Counted from the first letter of the stretch, positions 19,645-32,400 are shown. The stretch: DNA of 64,000 nt from Gammaproteobacteria bacterium (GCA_030429735.1 JAUIET010000007.1:179002-243001), one strand, 5' to 3'. Numbers and translations: made by a program. Notes: generated by a model not told the origin, from the letters alone.

Positions 19645-20265
19645 TCAGGCTGGTTGAGCCAGACGCTGCTCGGGTGCAAATACCTGTGTATGGATAAGTG
19701 CCCATTGCTTGGGCCAATGTTCCATTGGACTGCGTTTGAAGTCGCTGCGCACAAATTGAGCAATTCGGCCCTCGGCGGTGGCCAAAATCATATTCGCGGT
19801 GATGGACACCGGCGCAATGGGGCGCAAACCTTCTCTTAACTCCCCTTCGCGCAAAATTTGCTTTAATTGGGTTTCCATCCGTTCGTAAAACTGACTGACT
19901 CTGTGGCGCAGCGTGCGCGTTTCGCCGGCAAGCACATCGCCGGTGAGTAGTCGCACAATTCCGGGGTTACGTTCCGCAAATTGCAATAGCAACGTAATCG
20001 TTGCCTCACAACGCCGGGCAGCTGCTGCCTCTTCGGCCAAAACCCGATGCACACGGCTAAAGATGGTTTCCTCAATAAAGGCAATCAGGCCTTCGAACAT
20101 TTTTGCCTTGCTGGGAAAATGTCGGTAGAGCGCGGCTTCGGATATGCCTACCCGGCGAGCAATGCCGGCTGTGGTGATACGCTCGCCTGGTGTTTCTTCA
20201 AGCATCAGCGCCAGAGCCTGCAGGATCTGCTGACGTCTGGGTTCTCTCCGTGCGCTGTTTAACAT
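19645..20265 (-). CDS. slmA: nucleoid occlusion factor SlmA (TetR family)
   Basis: 'ERITTAGIARRVGISEAALYRHFPSKAKMFEGLIAFIEETIFSRV' closely matches the SlmA HTH region. It lies in the pyrE/coaBC neighbourhood. Confidence 0.8.
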   Translation of the reverse strand: MLNSARREPRRQQILQALALMLEETPGERITTAGIARRVGISEAALYRHFPSKAKMFEGLIAFIEETIFSRVHRVLAEEAAAARRCEATITLLLQFAERNPGIVRLLTGDVLAGETRTLRHRVSQFYERMETQLKQILREGELREGLRPIAPVSITANMILATAEGRIAQFVRSDFKRSPMEHWPKQWALIHTQVFAPEQRLAQPA

Positions 20266-20466
20266 GGCCGTGCCCTGCGGTGTTGAAGCGCCAATGCTAT
20301 CGACTTAGCAATGCGCACACAATGCACAGCTACATTATGCACAAATTAAACGGCGTGGCTGCGGCGATCACACCACACTAAGCGTGCGACACGGGCGGGT
20401 TACCAGCTCAGACAAAGGGCAGCCCGGAAAGGCAGACAAAAGGCAGCTCAGACAGGCAGGCTGCAA

Positions 20467-21372
<906 letters not shown>

Positions 21373-21418
21373 TCAAACCTGGATTAGCTGCGCATGATAG
21401 TCGGATTTAGGACGTTTG

Positions 21419-24007
21419 TCAGAATGCTGATGCCACGGCTGGATTTACCAAACCAATTTGCTCTCGAAATACAGTTTGAATGCGTTGCAGCGCTTCATCG
21501 TTATCGGCCTCAAAGCGAAGAGTAATTGCTGGCACGGTGTTTGACGGTCTGATCAAGCCCCAGCCATCAGGGTAGTCCACCCGAATACCATCCAGGGTAG
21601 TGATCTTGCCGCTGCCAAACTGCGCGTTGTCGGTGAGAGCCGCAACAATGTCAAACTTCTGCTGCTCACCAGTGTCTACAATAATCTCGGGCGTACTCTT
21701 GCTGGCCGGATATTCTTCAACCAGCTCCTCGAGCTTGAGCCCCGAAGTACTGACTATTTCTATTAAGCGTGCTGCGCTGTAGATGCCGTCATCGAAACCG
21801 TACCAGCGTTCCTTAAAGCAAATGTGGCCGGTAAACTCGCCACCGAGTAATGCGCCGGTTTGTAGCATTTTTTCCTTGATGCAGGAATGCCCGGACTTCC
21901 ACATAATTGGCCGACCACCATAACTGCTGATAACGCTGCTTAAGTGCCGCGTGCACTTAACGTCATACACAATATCGGCACCCGGATTACGCGATACGAT
22001 GTCTTGTGCGAACAGCATCAATAAAATATCCGGCGCAACCGCATTGCCGTTTGAGTCCACAACACAGATGCGATCAGCGTCGCCATCAAAGGCGATACCA
22101 AAGTCAGCCTCATGCTGCCTGACCATCACGGCAAGGTCATTCAGGTTCGCGGCAATCGTTGGGTCCGGGGCGTGATTCGGGAAATTACCATCAACATCGC
22201 AATGCAGAGCAATCACTTCACAGCCTAATTCCTCCAGCACCCGGGGGCCGATGATGCCACCAATACCATTGGCCGCATCAACAACAACTTTGAGCGTTTG
22301 CGCGACAGCAATATCGCTTGCGATGGTATCAATATAGGCATCCGCCACATTGGCTTCCTGGAAACTGCCCTGACCCTCGCGGAAACGACCTTGCTGAACC
22401 CGTTGTTTGATGTGCTGTATGTGTTCGCCGGCCAGCGGTCGGCCTTCCAGCACCAACTTAAGCCCATTACATTCTGCGCCATTGTGGCTGCCAGTAATCA
22501 TCACACCAGCGCCTGTGCCAAGGTGGTGAGTGGCAAAATACAGCAACGGGGTTGGTTGCTCGCCAATATCAATTATGTTCTGACCACTGGCCAGTAAGCC
22601 TTCGCACAGTGCTTTTTTGATTCGTGGGCTGGAAAGGCGGCCGTCGCAAGCCACCACAATCTCACTCTGTGAGCGGTCCAGTGCTTCGCTGCCAATGGCC
22701 ATGCCTATGGCGGTTACTACTTCGTCGGTCAGGCATTCATCAGCGTTGCCACGAATATCGTACTCACGGAATATATGGTCAGGTACGCTAACGCTGGACG
22801 CGGCCGCGGCTTTCTGTGCGCTGGCTGGCTCTGTAACCTCCGGAGCGTTCGTATTCGCATCAGGGTTTGACTTGTTAGCTGCTTTTGCCGTTTTTTTCGG
22901 CTCGCGGGTTTGCTCCTCAGGTGCGGCTGAGGTTCTGAAATTTGAAATCAGATTGGCGAGCTGATTCAGCTGAGTACTCGGCAAAACAGGGGGCATACGT
23001 TTATTGCCCGAAATAAGACTTTGCGTATAACTGATCACATTGTCTAAATCTGCTTCGATGTGTCTGCCAAGTTTTCGAAGCGACAGAAAATGCCATATTG
23101 GAACGCCCAGAGCGGGAATACTTAACAGCGCAAGCAAACCCCATAAAGGAATACTCAGTTCGTTTGCCATGGTGCTCGATGGACTGAAACGTAACCACCA
23201 ATTGCTGTTGCCAATCTGCTGATCATGTGCATCTAAACTGCTGTCGCCCGCGCCATTGCTGGCCAATAGCACTTGTTCGTTGCCTCCGAACACTTGTATG
23301 AGTTCCGTACGCCCGCGGTCTTCAACCTGGCTATCCACTGCGTTTTGCAAGAAAGACATTGGCATGCGCAACAAAATGGCGCCACTAACTTCCATTTCGT
23401 CGGCTTCATACACCGGCGCCACCAGCGTGAATCTGGATTCACCCTGAAACTTATACGCTTCCGGAAATGTTTTGCCGCCATCCTCGGCACGGTTCACCAT
23501 GCTCGACTCAATATTATTACGCAATTTCAAACCGTGCTTGCGCAAACCGGTGATGCCCTTGGAATCAAGCGGAATCAGCATGGCATTGTCAGCTTCCGGG
23601 AAAGCCGCACTGAGCTGCTCGCTCATTTGCTGCATAGCGTCGGTATCTTTTTCACTGACCGTCTTGCGTACCAGGGGCGCGGCGGCCATTAGTTCAAGAC
23701 GGTTTTGTAACTGCTCAATACTCTGTTTGACAATAACCGCCTGAATATTTGCGTACAATTCGGTTTGCCGCTTCAGGTCAGTGGCCTGTCGCTGTGGAAT
23801 CAGAACAATCAGAATAAGACCAATGACCGCCGCGATTATCAAAAAAGAAACAGTGGGTGGTAGCCAATGCTGATCAGGCGAGCGAGACGACGGGTTGGAC
23901 GTGGGTTTGTTTTTTTCAGGCTTGTTCTTACCGGCCTTGGCGCCACTGTCGGGTGCTTCGGCTAACACGCGTTCATCAGCTGTGTCTGCTTTTTTGACTT
24001 TAGCCAT
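21419..24007 (-). CDS. algC: phosphomannomutase/phosphoglucomutase AlgC with a roughly 400-aa N-terminal two-TM extension
   Basis: The C-terminal ~455 aa (21419-22795) is collinear with AlgC ('FREYDIRG', active-site 'TGSHNGAECNGLK', 'DGDADR'). The N-terminal part has a Lys/Pro-rich tail, a TM helix 'VSFLIIAAVIGLILIVLI', a ~215-aa extracytoplasmic region, a second TM 'LWGLLALLSIPALGVPIW', and a low-complexity linker. Confidence 0.85.
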   Translation of the reverse strand: MAKVKKADTADERVLAEAPDSGAKAGKNKPEKNKPTSNPSSRSPDQHWLPPTVSFLIIAAVIGLILIVLIPQRQATDLKRQTELYANIQAVIVKQSIEQLQNRLELMAAAPLVRKTVSEKDTDAMQQMSEQLSAAFPEADNAMLIPLDSKGITGLRKHGLKLRNNIESSMVNRAEDGGKTFPEAYKFQGESRFTLVAPVYEADEMEVSGAILLRMPMSFLQNAVDSQVEDRGRTELIQVFGGNEQVLLASNGAGDSSLDAHDQQIGNSNWWLRFSPSSTMANELSIPLWGLLALLSIPALGVPIWHFLSLRKLGRHIEADLDNVISYTQSLISGNKRMPPVLPSTQLNQLANLISNFRTSAAPEEQTREPKKTAKAANKSNPDANTNAPEVTEPASAQKAAAASSVSVPDHIFREYDIRGNADECLTDEVVTAIGMAIGSEALDRSQSEIVVACDGRLSSPRIKKALCEGLLASGQNIIDIGEQPTPLLYFATHHLGTGAGVMITGSHNGAECNGLKLVLEGRPLAGEHIQHIKQRVQQGRFREGQGSFQEANVADAYIDTIASDIAVAQTLKVVVDAANGIGGIIGPRVLEELGCEVIALHCDVDGNFPNHAPDPTIAANLNDLAVMVRQHEADFGIAFDGDADRICVVDSNGNAVAPDILLMLFAQDIVSRNPGADIVYDVKCTRHLSSVISSYGGRPIMWKSGHSCIKEKMLQTGALLGGEFTGHICFKERWYGFDDGIYSAARLIEIVSTSGLKLEELVEEYPASKSTPEIIVDTGEQQKFDIVAALTDNAQFGSGKITTLDGIRVDYPDGWGLIRPSNTVPAITLRFEADNDEALQRIQTVFREQIGLVNPAVASAF

Positions 24008-24075
24008 TGTGATCTAGCCCCACTTCCATCTTTTTCGTCCGGCATTGGCTTGCCCGTACTCGCCAACCCATCGCC

Positions 24076-25275
24076 TTAGTTGCTTTTATATCGCTGACCG
24101 ATTTCATCAACCAACGCGGCGGCCAGGCTAAGTTTGCTCATCTGCGGCAAATCCAGCGCCTGTTCTTTACTTATCAAAGTCACCTTATTCTGGTCGCTTT
24201 GAAAGCCAATTTCCGAATTTGATACGTCATTAGCAACTATAAGATCGAGTTTTTTTCGTTCCAGCTTGCTTCGTGCATAGCTGATCACATCATTAGTTTC
24301 AGCAGCAAACCCTACACAAAACGGCCGAGCCGGGAGTGCGCTGACAGTCGCCAGAATATCTTCTGTGCGAGTCAGTGTGAGTTCCATCTCAGACGAATTT
24401 TTTTTGATCTTGTTGTTGGCAACATTCAACGGTGTGTAGTCGGCAACCGCGGCAGTGGCGATAAAAATATCGCACCCGGCCATTTGTTCAAGTGTAGCAG
24501 CCAGCATATCTTTCGCACTTTTTACATCTATACGTTGAACGTTTTCTGGGCAGTTCAGGCTGACCGGCCCCGCTATCAGCGTGACATCGGCACCTGCTTC
24601 GCTGGCAGCACGCGCCAGTGCAAAGCCCATTTTGCCCGAACTGTGATTGCTCAAAAAACGCACAGGGTCAATAGCTTCCTGAGTTGGCCCGGCAGTGATC
24701 ACCACATTGAGTCCGGCCAGGGCGCCACGGCTGAAGTGCGCGGAAACCTGGGTGAGCAGTTGATCAATATCCAGCAAGCGCCCAGCGCCTATGTCGCCGC
24801 AGGCTTGTAAACCGCTGTCAGGACCGAGAATTGTGATTCCGTCTTTGCGTAAGGCATCGATGTTAGTTTGCGTGCTGGTTTGTGCCCACATGCCCTGATT
24901 CATGGCTGGTGCAATAAACTTCGGCGCAGCACAGGCCAGGTACACAGTGCTCAATAAATCGTCTGCCTGGCCATGCGCGATGCGGGCAATAAAATCCGCA
25001 CTGGCAGGTGCCACCAGCAAGGCGTCGGCCCAACGGGCAAGCTCGATATGACCCATGGCGGCTTCGGCTTCGGGGTTAAGCAGGTCCAGATGAACCGGTT
25101 CGCCCGACAAGGCCTGCATCGTCAGTGGTGTGATAAATTCAGTGGCTGCCGGCGTCATTACCACTCGAACCTTGGCATTTTGGTCCTGCAAGCGCCGCAC
25201 CAACTCGGCCGCTTTATACGCTGCGATACCGCCAGTGACGCCAAGTAAGACATTTCTGTTGCTTAATTCGTACAT
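24076..25275 (-). CDS. coaBC: bifunctional phosphopantothenoylcysteine decarboxylase/phosphopantothenate-cysteine ligase
   Basis: 'VLLGVTGGIAAYKAAELVRRL' flavoprotein N-domain and 'RFLSNHSSGKMG' CoaB motif. Confidence 0.93.
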   Translation of the reverse strand: MYELSNRNVLLGVTGGIAAYKAAELVRRLQDQNAKVRVVMTPAATEFITPLTMQALSGEPVHLDLLNPEAEAAMGHIELARWADALLVAPASADFIARIAHGQADDLLSTVYLACAAPKFIAPAMNQGMWAQTSTQTNIDALRKDGITILGPDSGLQACGDIGAGRLLDIDQLLTQVSAHFSRGALAGLNVVITAGPTQEAIDPVRFLSNHSSGKMGFALARAASEAGADVTLIAGPVSLNCPENVQRIDVKSAKDMLAATLEQMAGCDIFIATAAVADYTPLNVANNKIKKNSSEMELTLTRTEDILATVSALPARPFCVGFAAETNDVISYARSKLERKKLDLIVANDVSNSEIGFQSDQNKVTLISKEQALDLPQMSKLSLAAALVDEIGQRYKSN

Positions 25276-25363
25276 TGCCTAATGATAGTTGCTCTGGTTG
25301 CCGTGGTACGATACAGCAAGCCTAAATAAAGGTATATCTCACGCTTAAAGACAAGGAGGTCTG

Positions 25364-26038
25364 ATGAGCATTCTCGATTGGCACGTGGCCGAACGCCCGC
25401 GTGAAAAGTTGTTAACCCATGGTTGCAGCACGCTCAGTGACGCAGAGTTACTGGCGATTTTTGTGCGCACAGGCACCCGAGGTAAATCGGCGGTGGACGT
25501 TGCGCGCAACATCCTGCAGGCCAGCGGTGGCCTGCGCAGCCTATTTGATTGCGACGCTAAGCAACTGACCGGCATTCCTGGCCTGGGTCCGGCCAAGGCA
25601 GCGCAACTGTTGGCCATTATGGAAATGGCACGCCGTTATCTCAGTACCGAGTTACAGCAGCGCCCGGTGCTGGGCTCGCCAAAAGCCACCCGTGACTTCC
25701 TCCAGCTCAAACTGGCCGGCCGCCATAGCGAAGTGTTTTGCGGTTTGTTTCTCGATGCACAGAACAGAATGCTGGCCTTTGACGAATTGTTTCAAGGCAC
25801 TATTGATGGCGCGGCCGTTTACCCGCGAGAAGTTGTTCGCAAGGTCCTGCAATACAACGCAGCCTCTGTTATTTTCGCGCACAATCACCCCAGTGGCGTG
25901 GCTGAACCCAGCCAGGCTGACCATCGTATTACCGAGCGTTTGCAACAGGCCCTGGCATTGATTGATGTAAGGGTGCTTGATCACCTTGTTGTAGGCAGTG
26001 GCCGGTCGGTGTCGTTTGCGGAAAACGGCTGGCTTTAG
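25364..26038 (+). CDS. radC: RadC/YicR-family JAB-domain protein
   Basis: 'ERPREKLLTHGCSTLSDAELLAIFVRTGTRGKSAVDVA' and the JAMM motif 'FAHNHPSGVAEPSQAD'. Divergent from coaBC. Confidence 0.9.
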   Translation: MSILDWHVAERPREKLLTHGCSTLSDAELLAIFVRTGTRGKSAVDVARNILQASGGLRSLFDCDAKQLTGIPGLGPAKAAQLLAIMEMARRYLSTELQQRPVLGSPKATRDFLQLKLAGRHSEVFCGLFLDAQNRMLAFDELFQGTIDGAAVYPREVVRKVLQYNAASVIFAHNHPSGVAEPSQADHRITERLQQALALIDVRVLDHLVVGSGRSVSFAENGWL

Positions 26039-26049
26039 CGGCGCTGGCT

Positions 26050-26082
26050 GGCTTAGCCTTGGGGTTCTCCAAGGCCTAAGCC
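26050..26082 (+). terminator. stem-loop downstream of radC (possible terminator)
   Basis: Near-perfect inverted repeat GGCTTAGCCTTGG / CCAAGGCCTAAGCC, 12 nt after the radC stop. There is no clear T-tract. Confidence 0.35.
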
Positions 26083-26328
26083 ACAGTATTATCGTTATCA
26101 TCTGTGCTTGCCCCGACAGGCGGCATATCCATTCATCGCATATTTTTTGAACAACCAGTAAATTTCTTTAGAATCGCCCTTATCTAACGAAAAAGCATTG
26201 CGATATAACACTTAAAGTTATTTTTGCGGTGCTTCGGTTCACGCTGTTTGCCGTGTGAATAAGTGGAACCAGCAAGTGTTGTGCTTTGTCGGCCCTCACA
26301 AGAATAAGCAATAAGGATAGCGACCAGC

Positions 26329-26409
26329 ATGACCTCTCCCCGAACCGTTTCCCGGTTGATATTCGCCTTGGCAATACCGGCATTTTTCGTTTCCCCGCTA
26401 ACAGTTGCG
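26329..26409 (+). other. predicted Sec signal peptide of the RHS protein
   Basis: 'MTSPRTVSRLIFALAIPAFFVSPLTVA|ETE': positive n-region, hydrophobic core, and an AxA-like (TVA) cleavage site. Confidence 0.6.
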
Positions 26410-29400
26410 GAGACTGAAAATGCAAGAAACAGCCAACATGAGGCTCTGAACTTTCGTACTTCTACCGCCTCAAAATCCAGCAGTGGCGGGTATTCCAGAT
26501 ACGACCGAAAGAAACGCGGTGGGCACGGCAATGGACATCACGGTGGCGGGCACCATGGCGGAGGTCATCACGGTGGTGGGCATGGGGGTAAGGCACCAAA
26601 CTGCGATGCTGCGTTCGCTTCTCCCGGAAAACTATGGCCACCCAATAATCGTTACTCAAAAGTTCGCATAGATGGTGTGGGTGGCCGCGGCACGTACGTA
26701 GCTGTGCAATGCATTACCCAGGACGAGCCGCTAAAAGCGAATAGAAAGGGACGCAAACAATACACCGCCAAGGGCATTGGTGGGTCCTCTGCCTACGTTC
26801 GCAAACAGCGGCTGGGTAGTGAAAACGGGCGGGTTTATCACATTGACTACAAGGCATGGAACCGGCATGGCCAATGTACGGGCACAGTCACAGTGGGAGT
26901 GCCAAAGAACCGCTGGAGCAAAGCGATAGACGACGGGCGCCTGGTATCTGCGGCAAAGAACAACCGCAAATGCTCGATAAGCCCAGTAAACCAGCCGCCA
27001 AGCATTAGCTCAACGCCATTGCTGAATGCCACAGCGGGGGTTGAATACAGTTATCAGGCAACGGCCACTGATCCCGACGGCGATCAGTTGACTTATTCGG
27101 TTTCACAATTGCCCGCAGGCGCAAATATTAACTCGCAAACGGGCCTGCTCAGCTGGACACCGGGTTCAGGGCAGCTCGGCGATCATAACATTGCGCTTGA
27201 AGTGAGTGATGGTCAAGGCGGAAGCGATTCTCAGAGTTTCACGCTGACCGTGGAACGGAGTAACAGTGCGCCTTTGGCGACTCCCCAGCAGCTGACGGTA
27301 AACGAAGATGGGAGCCTGGCAATCACGCTGACGGGTAGCGACTCCGACGGAGATACCTTGAGTTTCAGTGTGGGCAGTAATCCAAGTGCCGGCGTGCTAA
27401 GCGGCGAAGCACCTGCCCTGGTGTACACGCCAGCTCTGAACTTCAATGGCAGTGACAGTTTTACATTCAGCGTAAGCGATGGCGAGCTAAGCTCGGTGCC
27501 GGCATTGGTGTCTATTCAGGTTAACTCCGTTAATGACGCACCCACGGCGAATGCTCAAGCCTTGACGCTTAATGAAGACAGTACGTTGGATATTACGCTC
27601 AGCGGCAGCGACCCAGACGGCGACAGTCTCAGCTACACGCTGTTAACTCCACCAGGCCTGGGAACGATTAGTGGCACAGCGCCGAACATCCGCTATACAG
27701 CAAACGACAACATCAACGGCGATGACAACTTTACCTTTGTGGTCAGTGACGGCACCGTTGACTCGACTGAAGCGACTATCTCGCTGAGCATTCTTGCGGT
27801 AAATGACTCACCAGTGGCTAAGGATATTCAACTGGAAACCTCGGCCGGCACACCGGTTGATGTAACACTGGACTCTACTGACCCGGACCAAGACACACTA
27901 AGTTACGCTGTGGTGACTGACCCGCAAAATGGCGTGCTGAGCGGCGCCGGGCAGGCGCTGAGCTATACACCCAATGCGGGCTTTTCCGGCACAGACTCGT
28001 TCACGTACAGAAGCAATGATGGCGAGCTGAATTCCAACACCGCCACTGTGCAAATAAGCGTTGTTAGCAATAATGCGGCACCGGTAATCGGCAGCACTCC
28101 GGTAACCCAGGCAACACAAGACAGTCTGTACACCTATCAGGTGAATGCAAGTGATGATGACGGCGACCCAATAAGCTTCGCGCTGCAAACAGCACCGAGT
28201 GGCATGAGCGTTGATGCTACCAGCGGCGAGATTAGCTGGTTGCCCACAAGCTCAGACGCTACCAATGTGCTGGCAAGCAATGCACAGTGTAAAATTCCAG
28301 GGTCCGAGCAGGAAGTATTTCCAGAAGCGATGGACGCCGTGATGGTAGTTGACGGCTCACTGTCTAACTATATGGCCTGGCCATGGATGTCTTCCGCGTT
28401 GGCAGGCCTGGACGCCGATTTGCAGTTGTTGGGAATTGGTGCAAACGCGTCTTCAAATCGCTATGGGCTGATGTACTTCGGCAGCACCACCAGCGCCACA
28501 GAATTCGAGTCCGGTCTGTTTGGCGCCGTTGATGAGCTGTATGAGGCAACGTTCGATGCCGTACCACCCGGTGTTGGCGGGCGCGAGAATGGCCTGCTGG
28601 CGCTGCAGCGCACTATAGATAGTTACCCCTTCAGAGAAGATCTTCCCAAGAATTTGATCTGGATACCGGACGAGCCGCAGCAAAACAATCTGGAAAATGG
28701 TGAAACGCTCGCAGAGTTCAGGCAACGCTTGATTAATGGCAAGTTCAATGTGCATGTTGTCACTAGCTTTGACTTTGAATGCGACAATGATTCCCGATTG
28801 ATTCTCGGCCTCACCGCAGAAGGCCAGGCCTTTGTTGAAGACGGCCGTGGCGGGTTTGAGACTTGCGAGTTTGATACCAGTAAGCTTGATGACGTTTCTG
28901 ACACAGATGCCGCGTTTTTTCTGGAACCCTTTGTAAGAACCGCTCTGGCAAGCGGTGGCGGCGCCTGGAGTCTGCGTAAACTCACCCAGCCGCCCACGGC
29001 CGACGGCCCGGACATTCTGCGCGAGGCGCTAACAACTCAATTATTTGGTGCCACTGTTTCTGTTGTGGCGGAAAATCAGCAGAGTGACCTTACCGTTGCC
29101 GGTATTAGTGTTGTGCAAAGCGCGCCAGAAGAACACACAGCGCAAGTGAGTATTATCAACCGGGGGCTTGTGGCGAGCGAAACCAGTAGCGCAGTGAATA
29201 TCAGCAGTGCTGCCAACCCGGAAACTGTATTAGGCAGTGCAATAGTACCCGTCATTCAGCCAGGTGAAACGGTTCAGTTAGCAGTGCTAGTGTCTACCGC
29301 TAGCCCACCGGCAGTGATTCGGGCGGCTATTACCCCGGTGTTGAACGAATGCGATACTGCGAACAACGGCGCCAACACACCGTTCGTAACCATTGTGGCC

Positions 29401-32400
29401 AGTGACCCCAATGGCGGCGAAGACACTCAATCATTTTCAATCTCTGTAAACAACGTCAATGATGCTCCGCAAATCACATCTAACCCTGACAATACAGCAC
29501 AGGTAGGCAGAACGTTTAGCTACACTCCGCAGGTACAAGACGCAGACATTGGCGACGCACACAGCTATCGCGTGACGGGCAGTGGCATCGCGAGCATTGA
29601 CTCAATAAGCGGCGTTTTCACCGTTCAGCCGAAACAATCGGATGTTGGTACGCATAACTTTGCAATAACAGTGACTGATCTTGCTGGCGAGTCTGACACG
29701 CAATCCTTTGCGCTGACCATTGTGGGCAACTACATCACACCGTTTTTTGACGATCACCCGCGCAGCAACCGGGCAATCATCGATCAGCTGTTTCAATCAA
29801 CGCCGTCGGTAACGGCTGACCCAACCGCAGTATTGAGCTTTTCCTTATTGGAATCGCCAAGCGGCATGAGTATTGATGAATTGACCGGCACCGTTAGTTG
29901 GACACCTTCGCCAGACGATTTTGATCGCATACACCTGGTTACCATCGTGTTATCAGATCAATTCAACAATCGCGATGCTCTGTCTTTTATGGTGTTTGGC
30001 GACACAGTTAACACGCCACCCAGCATTGTGGATGAACCTGACACGCTGGCAACATTGGGAGATGCTTTCCAAACAGAGCTTGAAATAGCAGACGACAACG
30101 TGCGTGAAGATTATACGGTCTCGCTGAATACAACGACCAATGTCACGATTGACAACGCTCAACTCAATGGCCTGGACACCACCAGTATTCTTCTGAACTG
30201 GGGCAGATTCAATGTGGACGGAAGTTTTCCGCAACACATGCGGCAAACCGACCATCTTTGCCAGCATCCGGCCTCTACTCTGCCGAATGCAGCTGTGCAG
30301 TTCCGGCCACTGTGGGACGAGCAACGATTATTCATTGGCGACTTTGTACTGGCAGCACCGCTTGCTGACTCTAATGGCGACGGTCAGATCAATACTCTGG
30401 ACCGCAACTCTGTACTGATTTCATACCCTTCTGGAGACACCCGAATACTGGAAGCGCTTGATGGTATAAGCGGGCAGTCGCTATGGGTTCATGGCTTTGA
30501 ACGCAGCAGTGGCATACCCCCTTCGCGCCGGCACGCGCCCGCCATAGCGGATATTAATGGTGACGGTGTTCCCGATATCATTCAATTGGCGGAAGACAAT
30601 ACCACCTTGTTTGCAATGAGTACCGACGACGGTAGAGAGCTTTGGCGAACGAGTGAACCGGTTAGTACAGGTTTTAACACCTACGGCTACGGGCAAGTAA
30701 CGCTGACCGATATAGAGGGTGACGGCCAGCCGGAAATACTCGTTGCTTATGCGGTGTTTGATGCAAACGGCAACTTGCTGATGCGGCTGCCGGAACCGAC
30801 AGATGGCGCTGGCAGCAGTGTAGGTAGCCCGATATACCCGGTTGATCTCGATATGGATGGAGAACGAGAGCTGGTACAGGCGGGTGTTGTTCGCTCAATC
30901 AACAATAGTGAAATCTGGCGGGTTACTTTCCCCGACGGTCATAGCTCACGCCTTGCTTTCTCGGCATTTGCTAATTTCGACTCAGACCCCGAACCCGAAA
31001 TGATACTTGTTGAGCGCAGTGCGGCCGACCAGGCGGCGAGCGTCAGTCTGGTAGACAACGGCGGTGCACTGCTGTGGGGGCCGGTTGCCATCAGTGTGGT
31101 TGGCCAGCCGGTGGTGGCCGACTTTGATAGCGATGGTCAGCTGGAGATATTCGTAGCAGGCGATGAAACGCTGTTTGACCACCTGGGCAATGTTCAATGG
31201 AGTTTGAACTCACAAGGGAATTCAGACGGTGAAACCGCATTGGCCGCCGATATTCAGAACAATGGCCGCGTGGAGCTTATTCTTCATCGCGACGGTCGCA
31301 CCAGTATCATTGATGGGCTAACAGGCGCAGTTATTGTAGACGCGCTAATCGGTGCTGCAGAGTCGAGCCATATCCCTGTATTGGTGGATATCACTGGCGA
31401 TGGCAGCCCTGAGCTGATTAGTACCGACAGTCGTTCAGTGCAAGTAGCCACATACATTGGCAGCGTTGTAAACCCATCACTGCCCAATCTGGTCAATCAG
31501 CGTTGGTGGCAGGCCAACACGCTCACCAGCGATTTGCAGGTAAACCCGGTCGTTAGTACGCCTTGGGTAGACAATAATGCCGACCAATCATTGACCGTAG
31601 CCACGCGCCTGTTTGACCAGGGAATTTCCGACATACGTGTAGGCGCACCGCAAGGAAGCCGTAGTCAGATCAGCGTTGAGCTATACAACCGCGGTACGGC
31701 GGCCACAAACACCACCGTGGACGTGACTATTTACGCTGGCAATCCAGATGCCGGTGGTACGGAGCTGGCGACACAGGCTATCGGCTCGTTGGACATTAGC
31801 GAAACACGTATTCTCACTTTCCCGGTAACCGTACCCGAAGACTTTGTGGGTGAAATAGTGGCGCGCGCCGTTCCTCGTACGGCAATTACAGAATGCCAAA
31901 CCAACAACAACTCAACGTCTGCGCACCTTTTGGACGTTGTGGTTGAAGATTATGCCGGCGCCGCGTTCGTTAAGGACTTTTTACTGGGCGTACAATACGA
32001 GATTGATACTTTCAGCCTAAGCTCGCCAACACCCACTACGGCCACGGAAGGCGAAGAATTCAGTCTTCAGATTGAATTCAATCGTAGTGTAACCAGCAAA
32101 GACGACAACAACACCGCATTCTATTCGTTTACCGCCGCACCCGATGGTGCCTCGATAGACCCGCTGACTGGATTGCTCACCTGGACACCTGATTACGGCC
32201 AGGCTGGCACCCACTCCATTGCAGTCATTGCTTATCATCTGGACGGCGCGTCTCAGCGTTTCCTGAGTGTTACTGTACAGCCTTCAGCCAATACACCACC
32301 AGAGATCACCAGCACGCCAGTTACCGGCAGCCGACCGCTGGAACCCTTTGTATATGACGTGCAAGCCACCGACGCAGACGGTGATACGCTCAGCTATAGC

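Noticed and set aside
20401-20466. Short direct repeats CAGACAAA(G/A)GGCAGC and CTCAGACA, with a GACAGGCAGG string, just downstream of argB
   Set aside because: It only partly matches the GGACAGGC core (GACAGGCA). It is short and low-complexity, and could simply be part of the argB terminator or slmA promoter region. There is not enough signal to call it a repeat-family member.
26180-26531. Minus-strand ORFs 26180..26425 and 26184..26531 upstream of and overlapping the RHS start
   Set aside because: They overlap the RHS signal-peptide region antisense, and have no homology or plausible RBS. The region is more likely the RHS promoter/leader.
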